From Kofleriaceae bacterium (GTDB lineage: Bacteria; Myxococcota_A; Polyangia; Haliangiales; Haliangiaceae), in NCBI GenBank assembly GCA_035715365.1, contig DASTLB010000022.1, forward strand, positions 16,242-80,241: DNA of 64,000 nt, written 5' to 3'. Position 1 is the stretch's first letter, and each line of letters begins with the position of its first letter. Both the position numbers and the translations under genes were made by a program. Shown here one piece after another: positions 56,783 through 64,000 of the stretch. The notes under the pieces are model-generated. The model ran no database searches. It was not told the origin of the DNA and worked only from the letters and a program-made list of their open reading frames with translations.

Positions 56783-56865
56783 GCCGGACGCCCTCGTTCG
56801 ATGCCAGCGCACCGAGCGGATTCGCTCGCCCCCTGCGGGCACGACGTTTGCTGCCCTTGCCCGGC

Positions 56866-57618
56866 ATGCACTCCGCGACCGAGCCCCAGCAGGCGACGCT
56901 CCCGTCGATCTTCGATCACTTCCCGCGGCCCGCGACGATCGGCAACCCCGCGGTAGAGCAACGCAACCTCGGGTTCTGGGCGGGGCTGCTCGCGATCGCG
57001 GCCGGCACGGGCGCAGCGACCGCGCTCGGTGCCGGCAAGCGCGGCGTCGTGACGGGAGGTGTCGCGGCGCTCGCGCTCGGTGCGCTGCGCTGGCAACTGA
57101 GCCGCTGGTTCACCCACACCCCGCAGTACGTCGTCGAGCAGCGGCTCGGCGACCTCGAGATCCGTCGTTATCCGATGCGGATCGAGGCGCGCGCCGGCAT
57201 CGACGAGCATGACTTCGAGAAGGCGCTCGCCCGCGGGTTCGGCCGGCTCGCCTGCTACAGCTTCGGCGCGAACAGCCACCACGAGGATCTCGCGATGTCC
57301 ACGCCGGTGATCACGACGATGCACGACGGCGCGTACACGATGGGCTTCGTGATGCCGCCCGGCCGCGACCTCGGCTCGCTGCCGCGCCCCGACGATCCGC
57401 GGATCCACCTGCGCGAGGTGCCCGAGCGCCGGATCGCGGTGCTGAAGTTCCGCGGTCCGTTCACGCGCGCGAACATCGAGGCGCACGAGGGCGAGCTGCT
57501 GCGCAAGCTCGTCGATGCCGGGCTGTCCGCGCGCGGCTCGGTCGCGTTCGCTGGCTACGACTCGCCGATGACGCTACCGCTGTTGCGTCGCAACGAAGTC
57601 TGGATGGAAGTGGTGTAG
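56866..57618 (+). CDS. SOUL/HBP-family haem-binding-like protein with N-terminal membrane anchor
   Basis: YVVEQRLGDLEIRRYP ... FGRLACYSFGANS...LAMSTPV matches SOUL family conserved blocks; two N-terminal hydrophobic segments. Confidence 0.6.
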   Translation: MHSATEPQQATLPSIFDHFPRPATIGNPAVEQRNLGFWAGLLAIAAGTGAATALGAGKRGVVTGGVAALALGALRWQLSRWFTHTPQYVVEQRLGDLEIRRYPMRIEARAGIDEHDFEKALARGFGRLACYSFGANSHHEDLAMSTPVITTMHDGAYTMGFVMPPGRDLGSLPRPDDPRIHLREVPERRIAVLKFRGPFTRANIEAHEGELLRKLVDAGLSARGSVAFAGYDSPMTLPLLRRNEVWMEVV

Positions 57619-57662
57619 CTCGCGCGGTCGTGTGCCAGCCGTGGTGATGCGCGCGTCTTCGA

Positions 57663-57986
57663 TCAGCGACGCGTGAGCCCCCACAGCAGGCCCAGCTCGC
57701 GATCGAGCAGCTCGCGTGCGCGTTCCGCGTGCAGCGTGACGCCCCACGCTTCGGCGAGATCGAGCCCGCTCTGGATCTCGTTCGCACTACCGTGCGCGAT
57801 CGTGAAGAACCGCTTCGGATCGCGGCCCGCTCGGCGCGCGCCTTCGCCGACGTTGAGGACGACGCTGTTCGCAGCGCGACGTACCTGATCGGCGAGATCG
57901 GGATCGTGCTTGTTGAGCTCCTCGACGATCGGGCGCAGCGCGCGAACGAGGTCGAGACCTACGGTGTATGCGGCGAAGTTCTTCAT
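57663..57986 (-). CDS. Four-helix-bundle protein (TIGR02436 / PF05635, 23S-rRNA-IVS / bAvd-like), copy 1
   Basis: 107 aa; ...RAANSVVLNVGEGARRAGRDPKRFFTIAHGSANEIQSGLDLA... family pattern; GAAAGGAA RBS; upstream part of track ORF is an antisense repeat artefact. Confidence 0.7.
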   Translation of the reverse strand: MKNFAAYTVGLDLVRALRPIVEELNKHDPDLADQVRRAANSVVLNVGEGARRAGRDPKRFFTIAHGSANEIQSGLDLAEAWGVTLHAERARELLDRELGLLWGLTRR

Positions 57987-58284
57987 GACGGGCCATTCCT
58001 TTCTTTCCCCAAGCTCCTCCGGCCTCCCGGAGCGGGCTCGGCTCTCGCCCGAACGCGGCCGCCGCGCGGGAGCCGTGACGAGCGCCCGCACCACCGTGCG
58101 CGCTCTGATCCGGCGTTCATCTGTGCGGCGGCGATTCGCGTGACGTCGGCGCCGGTGGCGCTCGGCGCGGCGCACGCGCCAGGCGGACGCGAGGGCGAGC
58201 CGAGCCCGCGGAGGGCCAGAGCACGAGTCGAGGATCTGGGCGCGTTCGCCGATGAGCCAGTGATCCCGCGAATCGTGATCGATT

Positions 58285-58440
58285 CCGGCCGCGACCGATG
58301 CCGTCACCGATACCGATGCCGTCACCGACACCGATGCCGATGCCGTCGCCGCGACCGATGCCGTCACCGATGCCCTCGCCGCGACCGAGGCCGTCACCGC
58401 GGCCGACGCCGTCACCGCAACCGATGCCGTCGCGGCGGCT
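58285..58440. repeat. Microsatellite-like tandem repeat, ~18-bp unit (CCGATGCCGTCACCGAYA), ~8-9 copies
   Basis: Seen in sequence; translates as (PMPSPx)n on plus and (DGIGxG)n on minus, both within non-credible ORFs. Confidence 0.6.
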
Positions 58441-58580
58441 CTCGTGCGTCGCACGGAGGTCGCGCATCAACCGGCGACTCGCGCTCGCGGAACGGGCGCG
58501 ATCCGGCGCACGCCTCGACGGTGATTCGCGGGCCCTCGCGCGAGCTGCTTTGCGACGGCTCGGTCGGCTCGCTCGTGCGG
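58441..58580. repeat. ~135-bp direct repeat, copy A (partner copy B at 59251..59385; degenerate copy C ~58105..58150)
   Basis: By-eye alignment of CTCGTGCG.CGCACG...TCGCGCATC...TCGCGCTCGC.GAACGGGCGCGATCC.GCGC.C.CCTCGACGGTGATTCGCGG... shows ~75-80% identity between copies A and B. Confidence 0.5.
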
Positions 58581-58766
58581 CGAGTGTTGCCTCGTTCGGC
58601 AGCCGGTCATGCATCGCGGCCATGGCGCCTCCTTCGAGGCGGCCTGGCGCGCACCGAGGCACGCCGCGCGCACCGCGACCGCTGCAGAGCGCGGAGCGCT
58701 TCGATTCGCAGCGCGCGTCATGCCTCGTGCGCGCCGGACGGCCGCTGATCTCGAAAGGAGGCTCTC

Positions 58767-59090
58767 ATGGCCTTTGATGCATATGACCGTTCGCTCGAAC
58801 TTCTGCACCTGATCGCCGCACTGCTCAAGAAGCTCGCCAAGCGCGACGCCGACCTCGCGAAGCAGCTACGTCGCGCTGCGCACAGCGTGCCGCTCAACAT
58901 CGTCGAGGCAAATCGGCGCACCGGACAGGATCGCGCCCATCTGTTCCGCGTCGCGCTCGGCTCCGCCGCCGAGGTCGGCGGCTGCCTCGATGTCGCGGTC
59001 GCGCTCGCGTACGTCGAGCCCCACGAGGTCGAGTCCGCGCACGCGCTGCTCGATCGCGTGCGCGCGATGACCTACCGGCTATCGCGGTAA
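58767..59090 (+). CDS. Four-helix-bundle protein (TIGR02436 / PF05635, bAvd-like), copy 2
   Basis: 107 aa; ...RAAHSVPLNIVEANRRTGQDRAHLFRVALGSAAEVGGCLDVA...; AAAGGAGG RBS 7 nt upstream; paralog of 57663..57986. Confidence 0.75.
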   Translation: MAFDAYDRSLELLHLIAALLKKLAKRDADLAKQLRRAAHSVPLNIVEANRRTGQDRAHLFRVALGSAAEVGGCLDVAVALAYVEPHEVESAHALLDRVRAMTYRLSR

Positions 59091-59171
59091 GCCGCGGCGC
59101 CGGCGCGCGCGCCGCCGGCGTCGCGGCCCGCGCATCCACGGCAATGACGATCGGCGGTTTCAGGTGCAAGC

Positions 59172-59240
59172 CGAAACATGGGTGACGTTTTAGACCGGAC
59201 ACATGGGTAACAATTCAGACCGACGACATGGGTGACGCCA
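59172..59240. repeat. Three copies of ACATGGGTRAC spaced exactly 25 bp apart (iteron-like)
   Basis: CATGGGTGAC at 59177, CATGGGTAAC at 59202, CATGGGTGAC at 59227; relatively AT-rich non-coding DNA downstream of the four-helix-bundle gene. Confidence 0.55.
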
Positions 59241-59476
59241 TCGCCGCGACTCTCGTGCGGCGCACGCGAGCTCGCGCATCGCGCCCGCTGGCTCGCGCTC
59301 GCAGAACGGGCGCGATCCAGCGCGCACCTCGACGGTGATTCGCGGCGCGTGCGCCGGCTGCTTCGCGGACTATCGGCGTTTTCAAGTCGATCGCATCGTC
59401 GGTCACCGCGGCCGCTACCGTCACCCCGACGGCTGCCAACCGTGAACGGTGAACCTGAACCGGAATACGGAATCAT

Positions 59477-61456
59477 TCAGGGACAAGGCGTGCCGAGCGC
59501 CATGGGCGCCGGAACCGTCGGTGTGCCGTCGCGCAAGTAGCTCGCGAGGAAGCAGCCGTACTGGTACTTCACCGCGTCGAGCTGGCGGTAGATCTGGTGC
59601 GCGTCGACGATGCCGTCATCCGCATACTGGACGGCGACCGTCGTGAGGCCGTCGCGATTGCCGCGCACCGGATACGCGAGCATGCCGTCGAGCGCGTCGA
59701 CACGCAGCGCGTCCTGCGTCGAGGGCCACACGAGCTCGCCGGCCTGCTGGTTGCCGTACGCGAGCGCCGCGGCGTCGAACACCGGGTTCGGGAAGAACTT
59801 GTCGTCGAGGCCGATCGGCTCGTAGATGTGGCGCGGCGGGATGCCGGGCAGCGGCCGGCTCGCGATCCGGTTCATCGATGCGCCGGGCTCGGCGATCTCC
59901 CAGCCGAGGCCGAGCAGCGCGAGCGTCGGGTGCACGAAGCTCAGCGTCTCGGGATCGATGCCGAACACGCCGGCGAGCAGGTCGCGCGCGCCCGGTTGGA
60001 TCTCGGTGTCGAGGATCATCATGTTCCAGAATCCGCCGGCACCGAACGGCGTGAGGGCGCCGTAGCGCGGCTCGACCGCGCCGATCATGTTCGTGTACAT
60101 GCCGCCCATCGAGTGGCCGCCGGCGGTCAGCGTTGCGGGGTTGAAGTGATGCGCGGTCTCGCCGGCAGGCAGGCTGACGCCGCTGCACGCGGCCAGCGTC
60201 GCCGGCGGGATCTCGAGCGCGAGCAGCGCGTCGAGCAGCAGGCGTTGCTCGAACACGCCTTGCTGGAACGTGTACGGGAACGCGGCGAGGTTGTTGATCT
60301 CGAGGTACGCGTAGTTGCTCGCGCCCGGCAAGCGCTCGGGGTTGACCGGCAGCGCGCTCGACGCGGCGGCGATGCCGTGCTTCGCGACGACGCTGCCCGG
60401 GCCCTGCCCCGCGACCGGCATGCCGTCGGCGACGAGCGTCGGGCCTTCGTCGACGATGTCGAACGATGCGCCGCCCGAGCCGTGGAAGTACTGCCACAGC
60501 GGCCAGCCGCCGGCGGGCATCGTGCGCTTCGGGATCGTGATCGCGAGCGGGATCGTCGCGGTGCTCTGGGCGACCGGCACGCCGTCGCCGTCGAGGACGA
60601 ACCGACCCTCGGTCGTGAACGGCGGCTCGCCGCGCTGGAACTGCGGCACGGTCACGGTGCCGACGAGCTCGCAGAAGTCCGGGTGCGTCGCGCCGTCGAC
60701 GGCGTCGACGTGGAGATCCGCGATCGTCGCGTCGTACGCCGCGCGCACCGCCTCGGAGCGCGCGCGCAATAAGGCGATCTCGTCGCCGGTCGTGAACACC
60801 GTCGCGACGAGCACGTCGTCGCGCTCGATCCCGATCGCATCGAGCGTCTCCCACAGCGGCGCGTAGAGCTCGCGCGCCGCCGCGCCTCGTGCGCCGGCCG
60901 GCGTGCCGCCGCGCGCGAGCGTGTCGAACGCGGGTGGCCGCGCGACGCCGGGTGCGAACGCCTTGCGCAGCACGTACGCGTAGCGCGTCCCGCCGCGCAG
61001 CACGATGCCCGGCCGCGGCGCGAGCGCGACGAGCCCGCTGCCGGTGAATCGATCCTCGGGCAGCGTCTGCGCGATGATCGCGTGCAGCGAGCCGCGCTCG
61101 TCCGAGGTCGGATCGATGTCGACGAGCAGCGCCGGCGCGGCATCGCCGACGAGCACCTCGTCGAGCGCGTGTGCCGGCGGTTCGCCGGTGAACTGAAACC
61201 ACGCGATCGGCTGGGTCGGGAACCCGCGGCGCTCGGCGGCGACCGACAGCAGGTCGGCGAGGATCGGCAGCTCGCGCGGATTCGGAAACCCGGCGAGATC
61301 CGGCGTGCCGGCCGCGGTCGTCCGCAGATCGGACGGAAACGGCAGCTGCCAGTACGTGTCGCCGGCGAGCGGCGCATCGAGCTCGAACGCGATCGTGTCG
61401 GGATCTGGCGCGCTGCTGCACGCGAAGACGACCACACAGGCGAGGGCGAAGCGCAT
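59477..61456 (-). CDS. Secreted lipoprotein, alpha/beta-hydrolase-like (659 aa), paralog of 32502..34679
   Basis: MRFALACVVVFACSS lipobox; GHSMGG nucleophile elbow; colinear similarity (e.g. RGGTRYAYV / REGTRYAAYV; PFPSD / PFPTD) to the TetR-linked hydrolase. Confidence 0.7.
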   Translation of the reverse strand: MRFALACVVVFACSSAPDPDTIAFELDAPLAGDTYWQLPFPSDLRTTAAGTPDLAGFPNPRELPILADLLSVAAERRGFPTQPIAWFQFTGEPPAHALDEVLVGDAAPALLVDIDPTSDERGSLHAIIAQTLPEDRFTGSGLVALAPRPGIVLRGGTRYAYVLRKAFAPGVARPPAFDTLARGGTPAGARGAAARELYAPLWETLDAIGIERDDVLVATVFTTGDEIALLRARSEAVRAAYDATIADLHVDAVDGATHPDFCELVGTVTVPQFQRGEPPFTTEGRFVLDGDGVPVAQSTATIPLAITIPKRTMPAGGWPLWQYFHGSGGASFDIVDEGPTLVADGMPVAGQGPGSVVAKHGIAAASSALPVNPERLPGASNYAYLEINNLAAFPYTFQQGVFEQRLLLDALLALEIPPATLAACSGVSLPAGETAHHFNPATLTAGGHSMGGMYTNMIGAVEPRYGALTPFGAGGFWNMMILDTEIQPGARDLLAGVFGIDPETLSFVHPTLALLGLGWEIAEPGASMNRIASRPLPGIPPRHIYEPIGLDDKFFPNPVFDAAALAYGNQQAGELVWPSTQDALRVDALDGMLAYPVRGNRDGLTTVAVQYADDGIVDAHQIYRQLDAVKYQYGCFLASYLRDGTPTVPAPMALGTPCP

Positions 61457-61549
61457 GCCGCGTCGTACAGCGGGGCGCCGGGCGCGCTGAATCCATAGAT
61501 TCGGCCGGCGCGCCCCGTGCGAGCGCGGACGCGCCGATACAACCGGCCA

Positions 61550-62050
61550 CTACATCCGCGCGGTCTGCTCCGGCTTGTGCGGGTTCAAGAAGTCCTGGAA
61601 CCACTTCGGCCACAGATCGTCGAGCATCGACATCGTCGTGTCGGTGATCTTCGCCTGCAGCGTCAGCGGCTTCTTGTTGCGGATCACCTGCACGCTGACG
61701 GTGTCGCCCTTCTTCGCGATCGCGAGCGCCGAGATCACGTCGGTCGCGTCGTCGACCGTGTGACCGCGGACGTCGACGATCACGTCACCGACCGCGATGC
61801 CCGCCGTCGCGGCCGCCGACTTCGGCTCGACCTTCGCGACGAGCACGCCGCGGTCCTTCGCGGCTCCGAAGTATTCGCGGAGCTCGGGCGTCAGGCTCAT
61901 CACCATGACTCCGAGCCGCGCCTTCGCGGTGGACCACTCGTAGTGCTCGACCGTCGGGGTATCCGACTTGTCCTTGTCATCCGGGTGCGCGGCAGCGACG
62001 GGCGCCACCGCGAGACCGGCGCCTATCAGCAAAGCTCCCAGTCGTCGCAT
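61550..62050 (-). CDS. Periplasmic PDZ-domain protein
   Basis: Signal peptide MRRLGALLIGAGLAVAPVAAA; PDZ core LGVMVMSLTPEL...GVLVAKVEPKSAAATAGIAVGDVIVDVRG. Confidence 0.7.
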   Translation of the reverse strand: MRRLGALLIGAGLAVAPVAAAHPDDKDKSDTPTVEHYEWSTAKARLGVMVMSLTPELREYFGAAKDRGVLVAKVEPKSAAATAGIAVGDVIVDVRGHTVDDATDVISALAIAKKGDTVSVQVIRNKKPLTLQAKITDTTMSMLDDLWPKWFQDFLNPHKPEQTARM

Positions 62051-62171
62051 GTGAAACCTCCTGCTTCTGGTCGCGCGATAAGTCCGGCGCGCGCCGCGCG
62101 CAAGCCCCTCTTGCGAGCGTCGGCGCCGTGGTTAATCGACGCACCAGAACCGCTGTCACGGAGGTAATGCC

Positions 62172-62639
62172 ATGGCGTACGTGCCTGATCTGTGGAATCC
62201 GTTCTCGCTGCTCGACGAGCTCGATCGCGCGTGGACCACGTCGCGCGCGCGGTCGTCGTCGTGGCCGCACTTCGACATCGAGGATCGCGACGACGAGGTC
62301 CTGCTCGTCGCCGACGTTCCCGGCATGACCGATGATCACCTCGACATCACCGTGCAGGGCCAGCTGCTGACCGTGCGCGGCGAACGTCCGTACGGCGACG
62401 GTCGCTATGTCTACCGCACGCGTCCGTCTGGACAGTTCGTCCGCCAGTTCCAGCTCGCGCCCGGCGCCGACCTCGATCGGATCGAGGCCCACGTCGAGCA
62501 CGGCGTGCTCGTGATCCGCGTGCCGAAGACCGACGCGATGAAGCCGCGCAAGATCAAGCTCGGCAACTCGCTCGGCGCGGGGCTCGCGAGCAAGGTCAAA
62601 GGCCTGCTCGGTCGCGAGAAGCACGAGCCGACCGCGTAG
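62172..62639 (+). CDS. Hsp20/alpha-crystallin small heat-shock protein
   Basis: Alpha-crystallin domain …FDIEDRDDEVLLVADVPGMTDDHLDITVQGQLLTVRGER… and AHVEHGVLVIRVPK; GGAGG RBS. Confidence 0.85.
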   Translation: MAYVPDLWNPFSLLDELDRAWTTSRARSSSWPHFDIEDRDDEVLLVADVPGMTDDHLDITVQGQLLTVRGERPYGDGRYVYRTRPSGQFVRQFQLAPGADLDRIEAHVEHGVLVIRVPKTDAMKPRKIKLGNSLGAGLASKVKGLLGREKHEPTA

Positions 62640-62841
62640 CGTGCACGCGCTCACATGTCTGCCGGAATGGGCAGGTGTGCCGTGGTCTCGTCGAGAACTG
62701 CGGGGCGTTTGGCCTCGCGACGTGATTCTGTGGCGTGAACGCGACGATCACGCGGTCACAGTCGCGTTCACGATCCGGAGCATGCGTGAACGATCTCGAC
62801 GAGTCATGGCACTGGCACGCTGGATGCTGGAAGATACGTCC

Positions 62842-63492
62842 ATGCTTCGATCCATCCTACCTGCCCTGTTTGCTGCGACCCTGGCCGGCGGTTGTTATGC
62901 AACGACCTCCGGCGGCGTCGCGTACAGCGGCTCGGTGACGGCGACCACGGTCGCGCCTGACCTCGTCTACGTGGGTCCGGGCGTCCAGGTGATCGCCGAC
63001 TACGACGAGCCGATCTTCTACTCGGACGGCTTCTACTGGCGGTATTACGGCAACACCTGGTACCGCTCGAGCTACTACACCGGCGGCTGGGTCTACGCGT
63101 CGCCGCCGCGCGCAGTGCTGAGCATCAACTCGCCGCACACGTACGTGCGCTACCGGCCGAACGGCTGGCGGCCGCGCAACGGTGGCTACCGCAACGACGG
63201 CGCGTACGTGCGCGACCATCGCGACTCGCCGCCGGTGTACCGCGACGATCGTCCGGTCGTGCGCGACCATCGCGATCCCGCGCCGCCGGTGTATCGCGAT
63301 GATCGCCCGGTCGTGCGCGACCATCGCGATCCCGGCCCGCCGGTCTACCAGCAGCCGCAGCGCGACAACCGCCCGGTCGAGCGTGACCATCGCGACAACG
63401 CGCCGGTCGAGCGCGACCACCGCGACAACCGCCCGGTCGAGCGCGACCACCGCGACAACAAGCCGACGGTGCCCGTCCGCGACCACCGCTAG
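62842..63492 (+). CDS. Lipoprotein with Tyr/Trp-rich domain and C-terminal RDHRD tandem repeats
   Basis: MLRSILPALFAATLAGGC lipobox; start could also be ATG 62824; C-terminal ~54-bp and ~27-bp DNA tandem repeats encode PVVRDHRDPAPPVYRDDR x2 and PVERDHRDN x3. Confidence 0.55.
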   Translation: MLRSILPALFAATLAGGCYATTSGGVAYSGSVTATTVAPDLVYVGPGVQVIADYDEPIFYSDGFYWRYYGNTWYRSSYYTGGWVYASPPRAVLSINSPHTYVRYRPNGWRPRNGGYRNDGAYVRDHRDSPPVYRDDRPVVRDHRDPAPPVYRDDRPVVRDHRDPGPPVYQQPQRDNRPVERDHRDNAPVERDHRDNRPVERDHRDNKPTVPVRDHR

Positions 63493-63518
63493 ATCGTCCG
63501 TCGTGGTAACGAAGCCCC

Positions 63519-64000
63519 ATGAGCCGCGCGCTCGTGGGGCTTTTGTTTTGTTCGCTGGTCGCCTGCACGCACGCGCGGCCGAAGCTCGAGCTCGTGACGA
63601 CCGCCGAGCGCACGCAGTACGTCCGCACCGGTCGCTACGACGAGGCGGTGCAGCTGTGCCGTGACTTCGCGCGTGTCTACGAGAGCGTGACGTGCAGCGA
63701 GATCGGCAAGACCGGCGAGGATCGGCCGATCGTCGCGCTCGCGATCGCGAAGCACACCGGTCTGCCGGTGATCTACATCGAGGGTGGGATCCATGCCGGC
63801 GAGATCGAAGGCAAGGATGCCGGGTTCGCGATCCTGCGCGATCTGCTCGACGGCAAGCTCGTGCCCGGTGCGCTCGATGCGGTGAGCGTCGTGTTCGTGC
63901 CGGTGATCAACCCCGACGGTCACGAGCGGATCAGCCCGAACAACCGGCCGAACCAGCGCGGACCCGCCGAGATGGGGTTTCGCACGAACGGCGCGCGCCA
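63519..64000 (+). CDS. M14-family zinc carboxypeptidase lipoprotein (3' partial, runs off window)
   Basis: Not in ORF track because there is no stop in the window; MSRALVGLLFCSLVACT lipobox; zinc motif HAGE (HxxE) in IYIEGGIHAGEIEGKDAG. Confidence 0.6.
   Translation, partial: MSRALVGLLFCSLVACTHARPKLELVTTAERTQYVRTGRYDEAVQLCRDFARVYESVTCSEIGKTGEDRPIVALAIAKHTGLPVIYIEGGIHAGEIEGKDAGFAILRDLLDGKLVPGALDAVSVVFVPVINPDGHERISPNNRPNQRGPAEMGFRTNGAR

Noticed and set aside
58298-58777. 159-aa Pro-rich ORF (MPSPIPMPSP...) and minus ORF 58117..58662 (DGIGxG repeats)
   Set aside because: Both are readings of the microsatellite plus Arg-rich frames. The plus ORF runs into the RBS and start of the four-helix-bundle gene. 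There is no RBS or credible domain, so I treat it as non-coding repeat DNA. There is residual uncertainty.
57663-59476. Diversity-generating retroelement (DGR)
   Set aside because: Avd-like accessory genes and repeat pairs are present. However, there is no ORF with reverse-transcriptase motifs (YxDD) in or near the region, and the repeat-copy differences are not adenine-specific. I therefore did not call it a DGR; see the findings entry.
58285-59476. CRISPR array
   Set aside because: Repeats are an 18-bp microsatellite and about 135-bp dispersed direct repeats, not 24-48-bp repeats with unique spacers of regular length. No cas genes are present.
62051-62171. Sigma-32 / heat-shock promoter upstream of hsp20
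   Set aside because: CTTGCGA ... TTAATCGA is present with roughly appropriate spacing. However, the -10-like element does not match CCCCATNT well enough to call.
1-64000. Mobile elements, integrases, rRNA
   Set aside because: No ORF with transposase DDE, serine/tyrosine recombinase or phage structural signatures. No rRNA-like conserved stretches. GC content is uniform apart from short AT-rich promoter islands.

Overview
This is a 64 kb, very high-GC (~70%) chromosomal window. It is densely coding on both strands and rich in lipoproteins and secreted proteins. It also carries a Cache-sensor Ser/Thr kinase with an adjacent phosphatase, kelch, VWA and TPR proteins, and many lineage-specific hypotheticals. 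That content is typical of Myxococcota-like deltaproteobacteria; this lineage call is inference only. I found no rRNA, tRNA, CRISPR array, IS or transposase, or integrase.

I call about 65 protein genes, about 60 of them on ordinary family-level motif evidence; the nine below are picked out for unusual architecture or scattered-pathway context:
- a C-terminal PLD HKD domain
- a flotillin/SPFH protein
- a di-haem CxxCH lipoprotein
- a WGR+LRR protein divergently paired with a 1145-aa polytopic membrane protein
- a ParE toxin with its antitoxin
- a tandem-AAA+ ATPase
- the iron exporter MbfA (erythrin-VIT1)
- DNA base-repair genes scattered through the window (AlkA, XthA, AlkB, family 4/5 UDG)
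- two paralogous large lipoprotein hydrolases

Many long Arg/Ala-rich ORFs in the six-frame track are wrong-frame or antisense artefacts of the GC bias and are rejected.

Regions most worth a second look:
- 54.0-56.5 kb holds a stand-alone C39 peptidase and a small ORF with a textbook double-glycine leader and a Met-rich core, ending in an 18-bp perfect palindrome.
- 57.6-59.5 kb has two divergent four-helix-bundle (Avd / 23S-IVS family) paralogs embedded in three kinds of repeats: a ~135-bp direct repeat in two good copies plus one degenerate copy, an 18-bp microsatellite, and a 25-bp iteron present three times. No reverse transcriptase is present.
- 22.4-25.4 kb is an operon of an acidic protein and a tandem-AAA+ ATPase.
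- 48.8-51.3 kb holds tandem paralogous membrane proteins.

All coordinates derive from the supplied ORF track plus in-frame start reassignment. Start codons are uncertain by a few codons in several cases.
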